Counted from the whole stretch's first letter, positions 13,096 to 27,300 are shown. The stretch: 63,514 nucleotides of DNA, filler included, from Folioceros fuciformis (GCA_049999805.1; 12 parts of 12 records of this genome joined end to end with filler, not necessarily neighbours in it); one strand, 5' to 3'. Numbers and translations are program-made. Notes: generated from the sequence alone by a model not told the origin.

Positions 13096-15608
13096 TCACA
13101 CGTTGAACCGAAACAACATGACGTCCCCTTCTTGAACCACGTATTCCTTGCCCTCGGATCTTAGCTGGAGAGTGACAACAGTGTCCGGTAAGGAGGTGGA
13201 GAAATTGGACGGGCGCAATCAGCTTTCCATTTCTGTAAGGCAGAGAGGAGGCTCACCAAGCCCTTTTCCCTGGCAGCCGAAAGAGAACCAGCTACGACGT
13301 AGTCCTTGTAAGCTACCTGTGAGCAGGCCGGTCATGGCAGTTAGGAGTGCACGCATCTTGATAAGTGAGCAAGAACGCAGTTATATTGCAACAAGAGGAA
13401 CACTCACGGTCTCGGCTCTAATGAATCCCCTCTCGAAGTCGGAGTGGATGACACCTGCAGCTTGCGGGGCTGTCATACCTGGATGAAGGACCCGTGCTCT
13501 TTAGACATAGACAGCCTTGCGAAGAATCTCAAGATGCGTGCATGCAGCTGGAGAGGTTTAACTACCTTTGTGAATTGTCCATGCCTTCGTTTCCTGCATC
13601 GACAAAGACACGGAAGAGCTCCAATGAGTGGCATGAAAGGAGCCTAACTGTTGCCAACAGTGGCAATGTTGCGAGGGGTCATACTAAAAAAATCTCACGG
13701 TCTCTGTCCACGCACCTTTTCTCCCGAGGTGAAGTACGTTCGTAGACCTAAGAGGTTGTATGTGGCGCGAACAAGGGAGCCCAAACCCCCTTCAGATACT
13801 CCAAGAGATATCAGGTACTCTGTACGCTCTTCGGGATCGAGCTCCGAAAGTTCAGCCTCCACCTACAATGTGATTTGACATCATCACATTAGGAGACATG
13901 TAAAGATGTTAAAGGGGAACCATTCTCCTTGTCAAGTCAAGTAGGCCATCAGATGGACAAAGGAAGCCGCCAGCTAACGGCAAGGTGACATACCTGCGCT
14001 GAAACAACCACCACCTCCGAATTCAGGCTTTCGGCCACTTTGATCACTTTTTGAACATGTGTGTTGCCTGAAGGGTCAGCCAAGTCTGACTCTGCTACAT
14101 TTGCTGCAAAAATGACTGGCTTCATTGTGAGCAGGCACAGCTGCTCCACTGTCTTCATCTCATCCTCTGAAAGTGGAACTGCCCTTGCAGGCTTTCCTTC
14201 CAGCAAGGCATCGTTGATTCTCTCAAGAGCTGCAGCCTCCATCTCTTCCTACACTTGGCAGCAAGGTCCGAACCAAGGCATTATGCAGAGAAATTTAAAT
14301 CCATGTTCGTGTCGAGGTCAGAAATGATAACATGATGTTTTAAGAGGACATTGGTTTCCTCCTCCATCGAAAAAACCTCTCCCACTCTACACAATTGCCG
14401 AAAACCCTACAGAGCATGGGAGCTGTGTGTACCTTTGCTTTGACCAAGGGATCTTTTACCCTTCCTTTCTTTAGCCTTTCCAACCTCTTCTCAATCTGCT
14501 CTCACTTTCACATCACAAACTTGCACAGTTTATACAGGAGACTAGTAGCTGGGCTTGTGATTGCCACAAAGTTTCATTCAAGCTAGAGAGAAAGGGAGAG
14601 TCCTTCATTGCCCAGCACCTGAGAGAGATCAGCGAATGCTAGCTCCAAGTTAATTATATCAATGTCTGCCTCAGGATCCACCTTGCCGTTAACATGTACT
14701 ATATCGTTGTCTTCGAAACAGCGAACCACCTGCACAAAAAACCTCGTGTCAAGAGTATGACTCCCAGTTGACTGTTCGTTTGAATCATCTGAGACATGTA
14801 AAACTCCTAAAGAGCAGGAGCACCAACTGCTGCTGCTGTGGTAGTGTCTGACCTGTATGATACAGTCAACTTGTCGAATGTGCGAGAGGAATTTGTTACC
14901 GAGACCCTAACACATCAAAGTACCACATGCTGTTGATGACATAGCAAAGAAGATACGTCACCGACATCCAGACCAAGAAGAAAATGGTTCACAACCAGAC
15001 CTCTCCTTGGCTTGCACCCTTCACCAGCCCAGCGATGTCCACAAATTCTACACTTGTTGGCACCGTCTTTTGTGATTTGCTAAGCTGGGACAGGACATCC
15101 AGACGAGCGTCTGGCACGGCAACCACCCCAACATTTGGCTCGATCGTACAGAAAGGGAAGTTCGCTGCTTGTGCTTTGCCATTTTCGACCTGCAGGCAAC
15201 TTCATGTCACCAGCAAGAGCACCAAGATGGCAGATTTCATGCAACGTCAGAACTCGTGTATCGGGGTGTCAAGAACATCGAAGTCCATACCAAGGCGTTG
15301 AACAGCGTGGACTTCCCCACGTTCGGCAGCCCAACTATGCCAGTCTTCAAGCTCATGCTGATTCTATCGCTGCCCCCGGATGACCATCTCATCTGCTCCG
15401 AGAACCTGAATCCCCTTCTCAAACCATCACACCACGGTAGCAGAGAGCTGGTTCGGTTGATGCCCGAGAAATGCTGCGAAAGGGAACGAAGGGAGAAACG
15501 ACCAGCAGAAATCTTGACATGCTGCCTTGCCCACGTTGCCACAACTGGAACGCCACGAGACAAACATTGAATTGGCAACTGCGCAACTGCGCCAGCAGCA
15601 ACAGCCAT
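13096..15608 (-). CDS. ychF: organelle-targeted ribosome-binding ATPase YchF / Obg-like ATPase; 11 exons: 15608-15291, 15189-15001, 14906-14853, 14729-14619, 14495-14433, 14248-13994, 13862-13716, 13593-13566, 13478-13408, 13316-13257, 13164-13096
   Basis: [89 protein letters not shown]; all introns GT-AG; N-terminal transit-like extension. Confidence 0.96.
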
Positions 15609-16724
15609 CGCACGCAAACCTGCTACACCTGCGGGCTATGCCCCTATCCACTGGCTGGCTTTAGTGCCTCATCCTTCGAGGGCTTCATCGCTATCGCTCT
15701 GGATGCAGGACAGTAATGGGCGCCCCTTGTAGATTTCCAGGCTCAGTTGGGATGGGTGTTTGGTTAGCGTACTCAATTTCTATCATGTGGATATGGCAGT
15801 TTGTGAAGGATTTTCAGGAGTCCCCGCAGGTTTGATCACTATCCAGCAAGATCAGTTATGAGTCCACGCAGCCTCCCCAGGGAACATACATTTCACGAGA
15901 GAAACGAAAAATTCGGCAACATTACGTATGTGCTCGTTCAGCCGACCTGCCAACTTGGGTCTGCGTGTTCCAACCAGCTGAAAGTTCACAACTTGTCACA
16001 TCCACTAAGTAGTCTAGCACAGTATCTAGCTTCGACTTCAATGAATGCACGTCTCTGCTCGTCTCAAACTTGTGCTTGAGAAATCTGAGTGATCCAAGGA
16101 ACTGATAAATATGAATTGTGTGCACTCAAAGATAGTCGGAGCAGATAGCTTCCAGCACTTGGGTTGAGAAAGAACTCTTCGGTCTAGGGAAAATTCTAGA
16201 CCGTTCTCAACACCGAATCAAACACAACGAACCAGTGTACAAGTCCTGACAAAAATGACAGGAGCTCAAAAACCATGACAGTTCCTCTGAGGCAACCACC
16301 CAAACCTTTTCAACATTTGCAGATCTCTGGGAAGAAGATTCAGATGAATGGCAGGCTTTATTCACGGTTCCATCCGTGATCAAATTAGCTTACGAATCCC
16401 TGTAGATACAAGTTACGTAGGGGAAGGTAGACTAGACAATCAGAGGGGGAGGCGGGGGGGTNNNNNNNNNNNNNNNNNNNNNNNNNNNNNNNNNNNNNNN
16501 NNNNNTTAATTAATTAANNNNNNNNNNNNNNNNNNNNNNNNNNNNNNNNNNNNNNNNNNNNCCCCTGACACTGACATACCCAGATACCCGTTCCTATGTT
16601 CAAACCATTATTTTATTATTTTAATAGTATTATATTTTTATTTAATCATTTAATAATATATCTTTAATTAATATTAAACTAATCACCCAACCCTATGGCC
16701 TGGTACCAAACCTAAACCTTCCCA

Positions 16725-16931
16725 GGTCTGGGACCAAACCTATACCCACTCTTATAACCAAGCTAATTATTTCCTGGTCAATTAACCTAATTAGCAGAAG
16801 AAAAATAGGAAAAATGACCAGAAAATCAAGGAAAATTAGGGAAAATAAGTTGAAAAAGAAAACCAAACCATACCACTATTAACCCTTTTTCAACCAAAAC
16901 AAACTACTACCCCAAACTTTGGAGGTTCACA
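16725..16931 (+). repeat. second copy of the ~210-bp dispersed repeat (see 6151-6358)
   Basis: direct comparison of the two copies. Confidence 0.9.
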
Positions 16932-17414
16932 GACGTCTTGAAGGAGAAGTTGGGGTCTGACCAACCAGTGGAGGGGCTTGAAGACTTATAATACCACAAC
17001 CAGAAAATGCGCGCCCATCTGTGGAGTGATTTCTTGCACCCAAGAACCACCAAAGGGCCACACATCCCCTTATTGTCGTTGCAATCTTATGATTCGCTCC
17101 GAAGGAAATGAACTAGTGCTAAGGAACACTACCTGTCACACTTCTACCTATCAGCCGGTCTATAGGTCTGACCATACACACAACAAAAAGGCCAGAAGCC
17201 TAGCCTATCCTCNNNNNNNNNNNNNNNNNNNNNNNNNNNNNNNNNNNNNNNNNNNNNNNNNNNNNNNNNNNNNNNNNNNNNNNNNNNNNNNNNNNNNNNN
17301 NNNNNNNNNNNNCACTTCTACCTATCAGCCGGTCTATAGGCCTGACCACACACACACAACAAAAAGGCCAGAAGCCTAGCCTATCCTCAAATCAGCTCAC
17401 ACAACTCACACTCC

Positions 17415-17640
17415 TGATCTTCAGTCCTTTAGCTCTTCATGATTCCCACTTCAGTCCTTTCTTCTTCACTTCAGCCCTTCAGCTCTTCATGATTCCCACT
17501 TCAGTCCTTTCTTCTTCACTTCAGCCCTTCATGATTCCCACTTCAGTCCTTTCCTCTTCACTTCAGCCCTCCACCCTTCACTTCAGCACACACTCCTGCA
17601 CTTCAGCAACTCACTCTTCACTTCTATTCATTTCACTCCA
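17415..17640 (+). repeat. pyrimidine-rich tandem repeat (ATGATTCCCACTTCAGTCCTTTCTTCTTCACTTCAGCCCTTC, about 3 copies plus degenerate copies)
   Basis: direct reading. Confidence 0.8.
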
Positions 17641-18719
17641 ACTCTTCCTCTCTTTGCTTCAGCTATCCCCTGGAAATTGGAACACAATGGCTTCACTCCT
17701 TGCAGCCTTCAAGTATAGTGTGAATACTAGGACTGGATAGCCCTCCAGGCTCACGGTCCTGTCCCTTCACTTCAGCCAGCCTGCGAATCATTCAGCCCTT
17801 GCGGATCCGGCCACACGGATCTTGACAGCCTTGGGATCTCCACGTTCCCCTAGTGGCAAGGGAACTCAGGACCTCGGTTCAATCTCAACCGGCTCAGCAC
17901 CCTAAGCCAGGAGTTCTGCACACAAGGTCTAGGGACATCGCACCGTAGACAACCCCCTCCTCAATGGCAGGTCTAGCCTCTTATAGGAACTTGGCCCAAA
18001 CCTCCATCTCTATCTGCTAGGGTTAGCCTCACTCAACCACCCAGCAATCTCTCTCTGACCTAAGCCGCCCCTAATTCTAACCTAAACCTAACTCTGACCT
18101 AAACCTAGTTTTGACCTAATCCTAACCCTAACTTTGACCTAACCTTAATATGACCTAATAGGGGTTGTGTACACTTACCAAAACTGACCAACCTCTCAAG
18201 ACTACCAAAATGGCTGACCAACCTCTCAAGACTACCAAAATGGTTAGTGCCTCTCAACACTCTCCCTTTGACCTCAGATCATTCCATCCCTTCTCTCATA
18301 TCATTCCATCCCTTCCCTTCAGAGCATCCTTCAACCCACCAGGTCTCGCCTTCAGGTCCCCCTCCATGCTGCTGGTCAAGGGACATGTCCCGGCAAAGTT
18401 ACCCACCTAGTGCCCCTGAATGGGCACCTTGTAAGCTTGGCACTAGAAGTGACAACCCACCATTCCTGCCAACATAACCATCACTGGGCTTCCCGCTCAC
18501 TAACAGCACGCCTGTACTAGGCTTTCCGCCTGGATGGGGCAGTTCGCAGGTCCCTCAGCTTTGTCTACACGCATTCACCTGGCGGGCTGCACCCCCGACC
18601 TTTATCCATACCACCGTAGCCTCCCTGCTCGAAGCATGACCCGAGTCGAAGCCAGACTTGAGCTGCTTCCCCTCCACCTTGTCCTTGAAACCCCAACTTC
18701 TAGCCCCGCCTCCCAGGAC

Positions 18720-20657
18720 CTCGCAGCCTAGCCGTCCTACAGCCTGGCTGCGCCGCCACTGCCTTGCCATCTGCTTAGGCTAGCCAACCACTTGGATCCA
18801 GTCCGCCCGCTTAGCAACCGCCTGCTTAGATCCCGATCCAGACCTCTCGGTGCCTTCTAGCCAGCCAACCTGCCAAACGCGATCCTGGCTTGCCTGCCAT
18901 GGTTGCTGGGATCCTGCCATCCCGGCCCCGCCCAGCCTTAGCGATCCGGCCAGGCTTGGATTCGCCTGCGAGCTAGCCGGATTGGCTCGGCTATCTAGCT
19001 GAATTCCCCTGCAACCTGTCTACTCATCGATCAGCCAGGCTACCCGCAAGCCGGCATGCTCTACCCGGCCTCGACCAGCCTACATGCCTCCATCGGATCT
19101 TGCCCCCTGCAGCTAGCCGCCTGTCTGGTTTCAATTCTCTTGCACCAGCCTGCATGCACGTCCCCCTGTTTGCCTGGATCCGGCCACCTGCGACCTAGAC
19201 TCTAGCCGCCTCCTGGATTTGGCAGCCTTGCCTGGCTGCCTGGCCCGGCTAGCTGCCTGCTCCTCAGTAGCCAGCTGCTTGCCTGGCTCCAGGATCGGCC
19301 AGCCACAGCCCGCCAGGATTCGGCGCCGCCCTTGGCTTGCCTGCGCTGCCGACCTGCCTGGTAACCTCCGGATCCAATCCCAGTCCCGACCAGCCTGGAT
19401 CTGCCCCGGCTCCCAGCAAGCCGGGCGACTGCCTGGCTAAGACAGCCAGCCAGGCCGCTGCCTGGCTTCGGAATCCGACCAGCCTGCCAAGTTCGCCTGC
19501 CAGCCAGCAGGTCTCCCACCGGCGGCCCTCCTGCAGCCGCGCCGCTGCTGGCCCGATCGTCCTCCAAGGCCCTGCCAGGCCGCCTCCAGCCACAACCAAT
19601 CAGCCAACCCGGCTAGCCTGCTAGCCTCTTGGTGGCCACCTCGCCGATTCAGCCAGGCTTTCCCCTTCCAGGACCCCTTCCAACCGGCCACCATCCGCCA
19701 GCCCCGAGCACCCAGCCACGCCGCCTGCACCCTGGCTGGCCGGCTCCCCGAGGCAGACCGCCCATGTGGTCGACCAACCTGCCTGCCGGCCTGGTACACT
19801 CGCAGATCCAGCGCCGCCGCCTGGCTCCTCCATCGCAAGAGGCTGCAAACCGGCCTCTTGCCTTCCGGATCTGGTAGGCAGCTGACCTGCCGATCCGACA
19901 CTCCCTCCGGCCACCGGATTTCCCCCAACCCGTTGGTTGCCTGGTCGGATCTACCCTCCGGCCAAAACACACACCACCCTGTCCCTACTGCCACTGCGAG
20001 GCTGCCTTCCTGCAGTGGCTGGCAGCCTGCAGCCAGGCCAGGCTGCCTGCTTGCAGCCAGACCAAGCTGCCCGTCTGTAGGCGGTACTAGGCTGCTTGCT
20101 TGCAGCCGTTTGGCAGGATCCGCGCCGCCACATGCCTGCTAGACTCCTAATCGATCCCCATGCTGCCGACAGGCCGCCGACTGACCATAGTCCAGCTAGC
20201 CGGCCAGACTGCTCAAGTCCTCGCAGCCCGCCTCCGCCTCCAACCTTCAGCCTTGACCAGCAGGTCAGCCTAGCTGGCCGAACTGCCGGCCGTTGCTGGC
20301 TCCAAGCCTTGGCCAGGTAGCTAGCCTACAGGTCGCGGCCCAACCAGCCTTCCCACGAGACCCAGCCTGCCTAGCCCGACAGCTTGCCTAGCTACCCCCC
20401 GCCGGCCTCCTCCCTATTCCCTGCCTCAAGCCACCTTGCAGTCACCCCGGCCTGTTGGATCCAACCGAGGCTTGCAGCCGCCGATCAGCCGGCCTGTCGG
20501 AATCCACCATAGCAGCAGGTCGACCCACCTGCCAACCAGGATCCGGCCAAGCCTGGCCCTGATCCTGGCCTGTCTAGCTGACCTGCTCTCAGGATCTCAA
20601 CCCTCAGCGCATGTGGAGGCAAAACCCCGGGCACTGATTGCCGACAGGTTCCACCTT
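18720..20657 (+). repeat. GC-rich degenerate CAGCC/CTGCC/GGATCC repeat tract, probably TE-internal; similar tracts at 4787-5060 and 32000-32160
   Basis: low-complexity motif recurrence; only short, low-complexity ORFs. Confidence 0.65.
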
Positions 20658-21328
20658 NNNNNNNNNNNNNNNNNNNNNNNNNNNNNNNNNNNNNNNNNNN
20701 NTTAATTAATTAANNNNNNNNNNNNNNNNNNNNNNNNNNNNNNNNNNNNNNNNNNNNGGGCGTTACTCTATAGGCGCACCGGACTCATTTCCGGAGTAAG
20801 TAAAGGTTTTTTTACTGACAACCTGTTATTTTCGACAAACCCAGAAACCTCGAAGTCGAAAGCATATAGGACTTCCACTGGGCGACAAACTAATAGTGAG
20901 ACGGGCCGTTCAAGATCCGGTACTCTGACATCATGTAGGACGCGGGGCGTAACGGTCCTCAGACGGTTGCAAGCATACTAGGGCCGTCAAGCGTAAAGCT
21001 TTATACTCGCGTACGCTAGCCGATACGCTCCACTCGACCTCTCTCCCTCTCGCCATCATACCTACTTCTCAATCTGACTTCCTCCTTTTCCTCCATTCGC
21101 TTTCCTCTCCGCTTCGTCTCCCATCCCTTGCAACCTCTACACCTTCCCCNNNNNNNNNNNNNNNNNNNNNNNNNNNNNNNNNNNNNNNNNNNNNNNNNNN
21201 NNNNNNNNNNNNNNNNNNNNNNNNNNNNNNNNNNNNNNNNNNNNNNNNNGTCTTACACTTTGCGAAGGTCGGCGTGCCAACATCTTCGCCCCTTTTCCCT
21301 AGTTTTCAGGTCGTAGGACTCCATCGTC

Positions 21329-22490
21329 ATGGCGCCAGGGCAGTTTCTTGAGGTTGGCCACACTCGACGACTCAACGTAGAGCAAATCCAAATGCACTCC
21401 TACCCCAACTTTGTGCCCTAGATAACAATAGCAGGAGACCTGATGAAGTAGTGGGAATTGGGGATTTTCCAATTCCCCTAGGCTATCAACTCCACAGCAA
21501 TTGTTCCAAAATTTGCTTGGACCATGCTATAGTGCTTGCGGGGCAAGGTGGCCTCAATGAAAATTCATGACAATCCCATCGTTTGGACAGTCCACATGAT
21601 GAGGGAAGTCTACTGCCGACCATCGGTAGAGTAGGACGGACCCTACCTCAGCTCGCAATGCAACAAGGAGCTAGTGAAGGAGGCAGCAGCCACGCTCCTG
21701 GCGGTGAATTCCACCAAAACCACCAACCGGTGGTTAATTCACGATCTCATGGACCCATGAATCTAGGGAGTGGCCCGCTTGATCGTTAGTTGGCTATTGG
21801 TAACCAAGATGGACCACATAGCAAATGGAGTGTTGTTGCTCCTCTATGGGTTGGCACAAGGCACCTAGTAGATTGGGGGAAAGTAGTGGCACATTGAATT
21901 CACTTTGATTTTAGGAAGCTTCGGCAAGAGAAGCCACCTGCCTTGGGACTTGCCCCTTTCCTTCTCCACATTTGGGACCACTATAAGGTCTTGACGGATT
22001 TGGAGAAGGCATCACTTTCTCGGCTGCCACTAGCCCCAGCCCCTTCCTCTATTGCTCCGCCCTCGGCTCCTAGGAAGAAGGTCCCACTGCCAACAACACA
22101 ACCCAAGGCCCTTCCCACTGCACCGGTCCCTCTATTGGTATTGGACCCCTCAGAGGACCGTAGGGAGGCAGCCCCGGCATCACAACCCACGTTATCCGTC
22201 CATACCGTATGGAGTTGGTCCGGTTGGCTGCCCAACTTGACTACAACGAGTAGCATGGGATTGGGCTGTCTAGAGTGAAGTGGCCTCCTTTGCTGCACGA
22301 GAGAAAGAAGGGGCAAGGACCTCATTCCCCTAGTCTGCCACCAGCCGGAGTAATCCCGACTTCAACACCCCAGCCAGCCCAGGAGGAGACTGACCACCAG
22401 AAAATTTTGCCGCGGTCCATTGTCCTTGAAGACCAAATTAAAGGAGGTATCACGGACCCAGAAGCCATGCGAAGGGCCTCTAAATATCCT
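21329..22490 (+). pseudogene. decayed TE-associated ORF, unassigned family, copy A
   Basis: RGVARLIVSWLLVTKMDHIANGVLLLLYGLAQG..VDWGKVVAH...LAPFLLHIW with many stops and frameshifts; homologous to 44095-44743 and 45011-45600. Confidence 0.7.
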
Positions 22491-23090
22491 TAAGGAGAGT
22501 AATGTTGCCTCCCAATTACTGGTTTTATAGCGACGCAACTACAGAATGAGCTACCCAAGCAGCTCAGGGAATTGTCACAAGTGTGGCGGAAGGACAAGCG
22601 TGGTCCCTCGGGCAAGACGTAGCATGGGAGGGTGAAAACATTGCTCTCCAGAGGAGTATGACTAAGTTAGCAACTTAGTTAGCTACTTTAAGAGAAAGGG
22701 CTTTCACGCACACCATTGAGCTCCAGTGTGGGCAACTGGGTCTGGTACCCCTACTAGGCACCCGCTCACATGTATCGTGGCCAAATCAATCCCACGGTGG
22801 TTGTAGGCTTCCTCAGAATCGCTCCCCTCCGAGCCTGGTCAGCTCCCTCCAACTGTGTTTATCGTTCACTTACGACATTCAACCTTCCCTAGCGCGTACC
22901 TTCAATACGTTCAGTCAGTAGGAAGGCACCGTTCCTTCACTTGGAAGGGCCCCAGTACCTCCTCCCTCACCCAATACCCCTTTCCTCACAAGTCTCCTTA
23001 CAACACCTTCCACAACCATCCAACTACTCGTCTCCCTACGTCCAACGACCAACAAGTTTTTCCTTGGGCCGGTTGTTTCGTGCTTGTGCT

Positions 23091-24889
23091 TGTTAGCGAG
23101 AACTTCAAGGGAGTCTTTCCCTAGAGTCTATCCTCAGGCCAACTATCACAAAGGTATTGCCACACACCTACAGCAACACAACAACCATTCACAAGGGAAG
23201 CAACTTGCAGGGGTGCCCATGGAAGAATATAAGCCCTCCGCCAAGATATTATGAAGAAGGAAGGGAGCCACATGATGAAGGAGGAGAGGAAAAAGCAAGG
23301 TCTCTCACTTTTTTTTGGTTGCAAGGGAGCTCAAGAGCGTATTTATACCCTCTAGAAGAGATCCTAAGGAAGCTTCATAAGAAGCTCACAAGAAGCTGCG
23401 CAAGGAGCTTCCTAAAGATTAGTTTAAACTAATCTAGACAAATAGTAATTAATTAGACACTAATCTTAGACTAAACACATTAGTCTAAGCACATTAGGCT
23501 TTAATAACCTTATAACCTCCCACTTAAAGGCCAATTTACCTTCATAGGAGAGTGGTCTACCTCATGCCCATGAGTGTCCAAGCTTGTGTGAATTGCTCCG
23601 TAGAGAGCCCCTTGGTAAGAATATCTACAGGGTTCTAACTTGTGTGAACTTTGACAAGTTGTACCCTCTTGTTTGTCGACACCTCTTGAATGAACTGATA
23701 CTTCACTTCCACATGTTTGGTCTTCGCATGAAACACTGGATTCTTTGCCAATTGGATCACACTCTGGCTATCACAATGCAACACTGGCAGCTCAACCTTG
23801 ATCCCCAAGTCTCCCACTAAACGAGCAAGCCACATGGCTTCCTTGCAAGCCTCAATTGCTGCAACATACTCGGCCTATGTGGTAGATAGCATTATTCACG
23901 ATTGCAAACAAGATTGCCATGAGACTGCCCCTCTAGTGCACATGAAGACATAACCTGATGTGGACCTTCTTTTATCCATATCCCTTGCATAATCTACATC
24001 CGTATATCCAACGACAAATGCATCTTCACTACCAAAACATATGCACAAAGCTTTTGTACCATTTAAATACCTCATAACTCCTTTTACTGCCTCCCAAAGC
24101 TTCTTGCCAGGGTTTGACATAAACCTATTAACCACTCCCACTGCAAAAGTTATGTCAGGACGTGTAGCAATCATTGCATACATCGAACTCCCTATAGCTG
24201 ATGAGTATGGAACCTTCTCCATTTTAGCTTTGTCCTCTGCAGAGCTTGGGCAATTCTTGCTCGAAAGTTTCACATATGAAGGCAACTTAGTACTCAATAC
24301 CTTCCCCTTCTTGATATTGAAACGTTGAAGCACCCTGTTAATGTATTTAGTCTGAGACAAGTAAAGCAAATGCTTATGTCTGTCTCGACGAATACACATG
24401 CCAAGAATATGGGTGGCCTCTCCCAAGTCTGTCATGTCAAAGCGAGCTTGCAACTTTGACTTCAACGTTGAAATCTCATCACTGCTATTCCCAACCACTA
24501 GCATATCATCCACATAGAGGACCACAATGAGCAAGATTTCATCCTTAGCTTGCTTCGTATAGAGGCAATGATCCTCATCGCTACGTTTGTAGCCTTGAAA
24601 AAGCATAAATGAGTGGAACTTGTAATACCACTCTCTAGGTGCTTGTTTAAAACCATAAAGGCTCTTTTTTAACCTGCACACCAAATTCTCTTTGCTGCCC
24701 TTCTCAATGAAACCCTCTAGTTGCCACATGTATACCTCTTCTTGGAGATCACCATGCAGAAATGCCGACTTCACATCCATCTGGACAAGTTCTATGTCAT
24801 TCCTTGCAACCAGAGCATGAACACATCGCAAGGTGGTTATTTTGACAACTGGTGAGAAAATCTCATCAAAGTCAATACCTTGCTGTTGC
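23091..24889 (-). mobile_element. Ty1/copia (Tnt1/Tork-like) 3' fragment: RT, RNaseH and 3' LTR (~23091-23515)
   Basis: GIDFDEIFSPV, QMDVKSAFLHG, LYVDDML, VPYSSAIGS, AKTKHVEVKYQF with stops; PPT-like AAGTGGGAGG on the minus strand at ~23516-23525. Confidence 0.92.
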
Positions 24890-25060
24890 TACACAAGTAA
24901 GTGCAGCCAGGGCTAAAGTGCTGAACATTCACCAAGATGCGGTGAAGGTCCCAAAACAAGGCAGTTTGTGGGTCTTGTAATCCTCCCCCTGTGCCGGCTT
25001 GAGAAAATCCTTGGCATTCCCATCCCACAATCACAAAGTGGATAAGGGCAAGGATCTGAA

Positions 25061-25266
25061 TGTTGAAAACATTGTAGTGCATGGATCAGACCACACGCAT
25101 GCACACACAAAAGAGTTAGTTATTTAAGAATAAGGTCCACTATACATATGTCCTCAGACACTAGCAATTGTAACTGCTACGATAACCCTAACTACCTAAG
25201 GTACAACCCTAAGAGTATAGGCAATGTACTAACAACTAATATCTACTTGTTTAACACTCCCACTCA
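25061..25266 (-). mobile_element. short copia-type LTR (~196 bp) with an adjacent PPT
   Basis: minus strand reads TGAGTGGGAG|TGTTAAAC...TTTTCAACA. Confidence 0.55.
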
Positions 25267-26439
25267 TTGCATACTTCTTAGTTGTATAAGCATGCTGAGC
25301 TTATTTAACACGGTCCGTATTAGTGCACGAGAATAGCAAGGAAACGTGGAACACACAAAATCGCTTCAATTCCCACTTTCGCGTGCCGCCATCAAGTCTT
25401 CATCTTCAAAAAAGGGCTATGTATCGCAGAGCTAAGCACTGACTGCTATGGTGAGTTGGGGATACCTAGAGGCATCGACTCTTGAGGACATGGTGCGCAA
25501 CACAGCCATGTTGGGAACAACGCGCCAACCGATTTCATTCGACAGCTCTGAAGATGAGGCAAGGCTTGTCGACATGCAAAGCTCGAGCTTGGAGAGGAAG
25601 CTGTAGGCGAGCAGCAGCTGTAGGGTTCAACTGATCATAAGTCAGCACCGCTTGCTGCAGCTGAGAAGCCTCTTGCTCACATCGCAGCTTGTTTGGCTCC
25701 CCACTCAGCACCTCGCAAGACTAACACCTCTGTTGAAGTTCCAAGGTGTGTGTGTCCAGACGAAACACCACTTTGCCCGTGACACGGCCATGCTCCAAAG
25801 TGGTTGAGACAGGTGGAGCAAGAGGCCAGGCGCGTCAGCATGCATTGGATGAGGAGGGTGCATCTGATGGAAGAGCGTGACGCTCTTCTCACCCACGAGA
25901 TATCTACCCTCAGAAGACAGCTCCAGGCTACTGGCGGATAGGCTCCTCGAATGAATTATCCGCCACTTGTTCCTGCTGATTCGGTCGGTGCTCCCACTTA
26001 CAGCTACAGTCATTTCTCACCTGTTGGGCCTTTGAATGCAGTAAAGCTTCCTCCGCCGAATGAAGAAGAATATGTGGTCATGCCTACACCACACAACCCA
26101 AGGCCCTACACCCTGCCTAGGGGACGCAAGACCAAGATTGTGAGACTGTTGACTGATGGTAACGGCATTGACGATCCACTCACTCCTGGAGCCTACGTCT
26201 GCACCATTATTGGAATAGCGATGATGAGAGAGAGCTGGTTAAGGTGGGGTGGAGAAAACGGAAACTTCATAACCTTTTACAGTAAGTTTTCATGCACCTC
26301 TGATATATGTCTACCACTATTTTTGTGGCTTGAGGAGTGCAATGAAACTAAACCCTGACAGTTTACAGTGTCCTCCTTGTAGTGTCTCAACGTCAAATGA
26401 ACCACGAGAATGGTGAAGAGTATGGGACAGAGGACGAGG

Positions 26440-27300
26440 ACATGGAGAATTGGAAGACTACATGCGGAAGCGTGTCTTCTACATACAAAAGTTGAATTAA
26501 GATTAAATTGTGAAGTACACTTAATTGTCCTTTTATAGGTACCACCTGAAAGGGTGTGTTCTTTCACTAGTCTAGATAACTAACCTATCAGTTACTTTGC
26601 TAAGCTATCTAGACCTAAGGTTACATAACTCAAGTGAACTGCTACCTCTTCTAACTCTCCCTCTCAGTCACTTTAGAGTTATGAGAGCTCTTATAGAGAC
26701 CAGCACTTGTGAGAGTCTGATACTGTAAGCTATCTACTTCAGCTCGGCTGTCAAATCTTCCAGCCGCTGACACTGTCAAGAAGTCTGTCGCAGACGACAA
26801 CCCTTACAGTAGCGCACTAGTCATGACTAGAACAGAAGTAATACTGCAGTTTCAGTTACCCTTGCACTTGATGAAGTCAGAAGGAGTATCATCACCATGT
26901 CTTCAAGTTTTCTTGAGAAACATAACTACTACAGTCTACAAGACCAAGTCCTTCCCTATGAAAACAATGTCTAAACTTAGGAAGTGACTTTGTCAATACA
27001 TCAGCCATATTAAGATCAGTAGGCACATACTGAATCTTTACTATGCCCCTCTCAGCTACATCTCTGACATAATGATGTTGAATCTCAATGTGCTTAGTGC
27101 GGGCATGAAAGACAGGATTGGCCACCATTGCAATGGATGACATATTATCACAATTGAGGATGGTGGGGCCCTTTTGAAGCATTCCTAGATCCTCACATAA
27201 CTTCCTTTTCCACTCGGCCTCCTTTGCAGCTTCTGTCAAAGCTTTATACTCTCACTCAGTAGAAGATAGAGAAATCGAGGCTTGTTTCTTGCAGGACCAA
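26440..27300 (-). mobile_element. Ty1/copia 3' fragment: RNaseH, PPT and 3' LTR
   Basis: WSCKKQASISLSSTE...CDNMSSIAMVANPVFHARTKHIEIQHHYVR...ADVLTKSL; PPT GAGAGGGAG at ~26657-26665; LTR left end approximate. Confidence 0.88.

Noticed and set aside
18720-20657. Many overlapping ORFs in GC-rich tracts (also 8650-11200 and 36400-38000)
   Set aside because: Low-complexity Pro/Ala/Arg translations expected by chance at high GC; no recognisable domains
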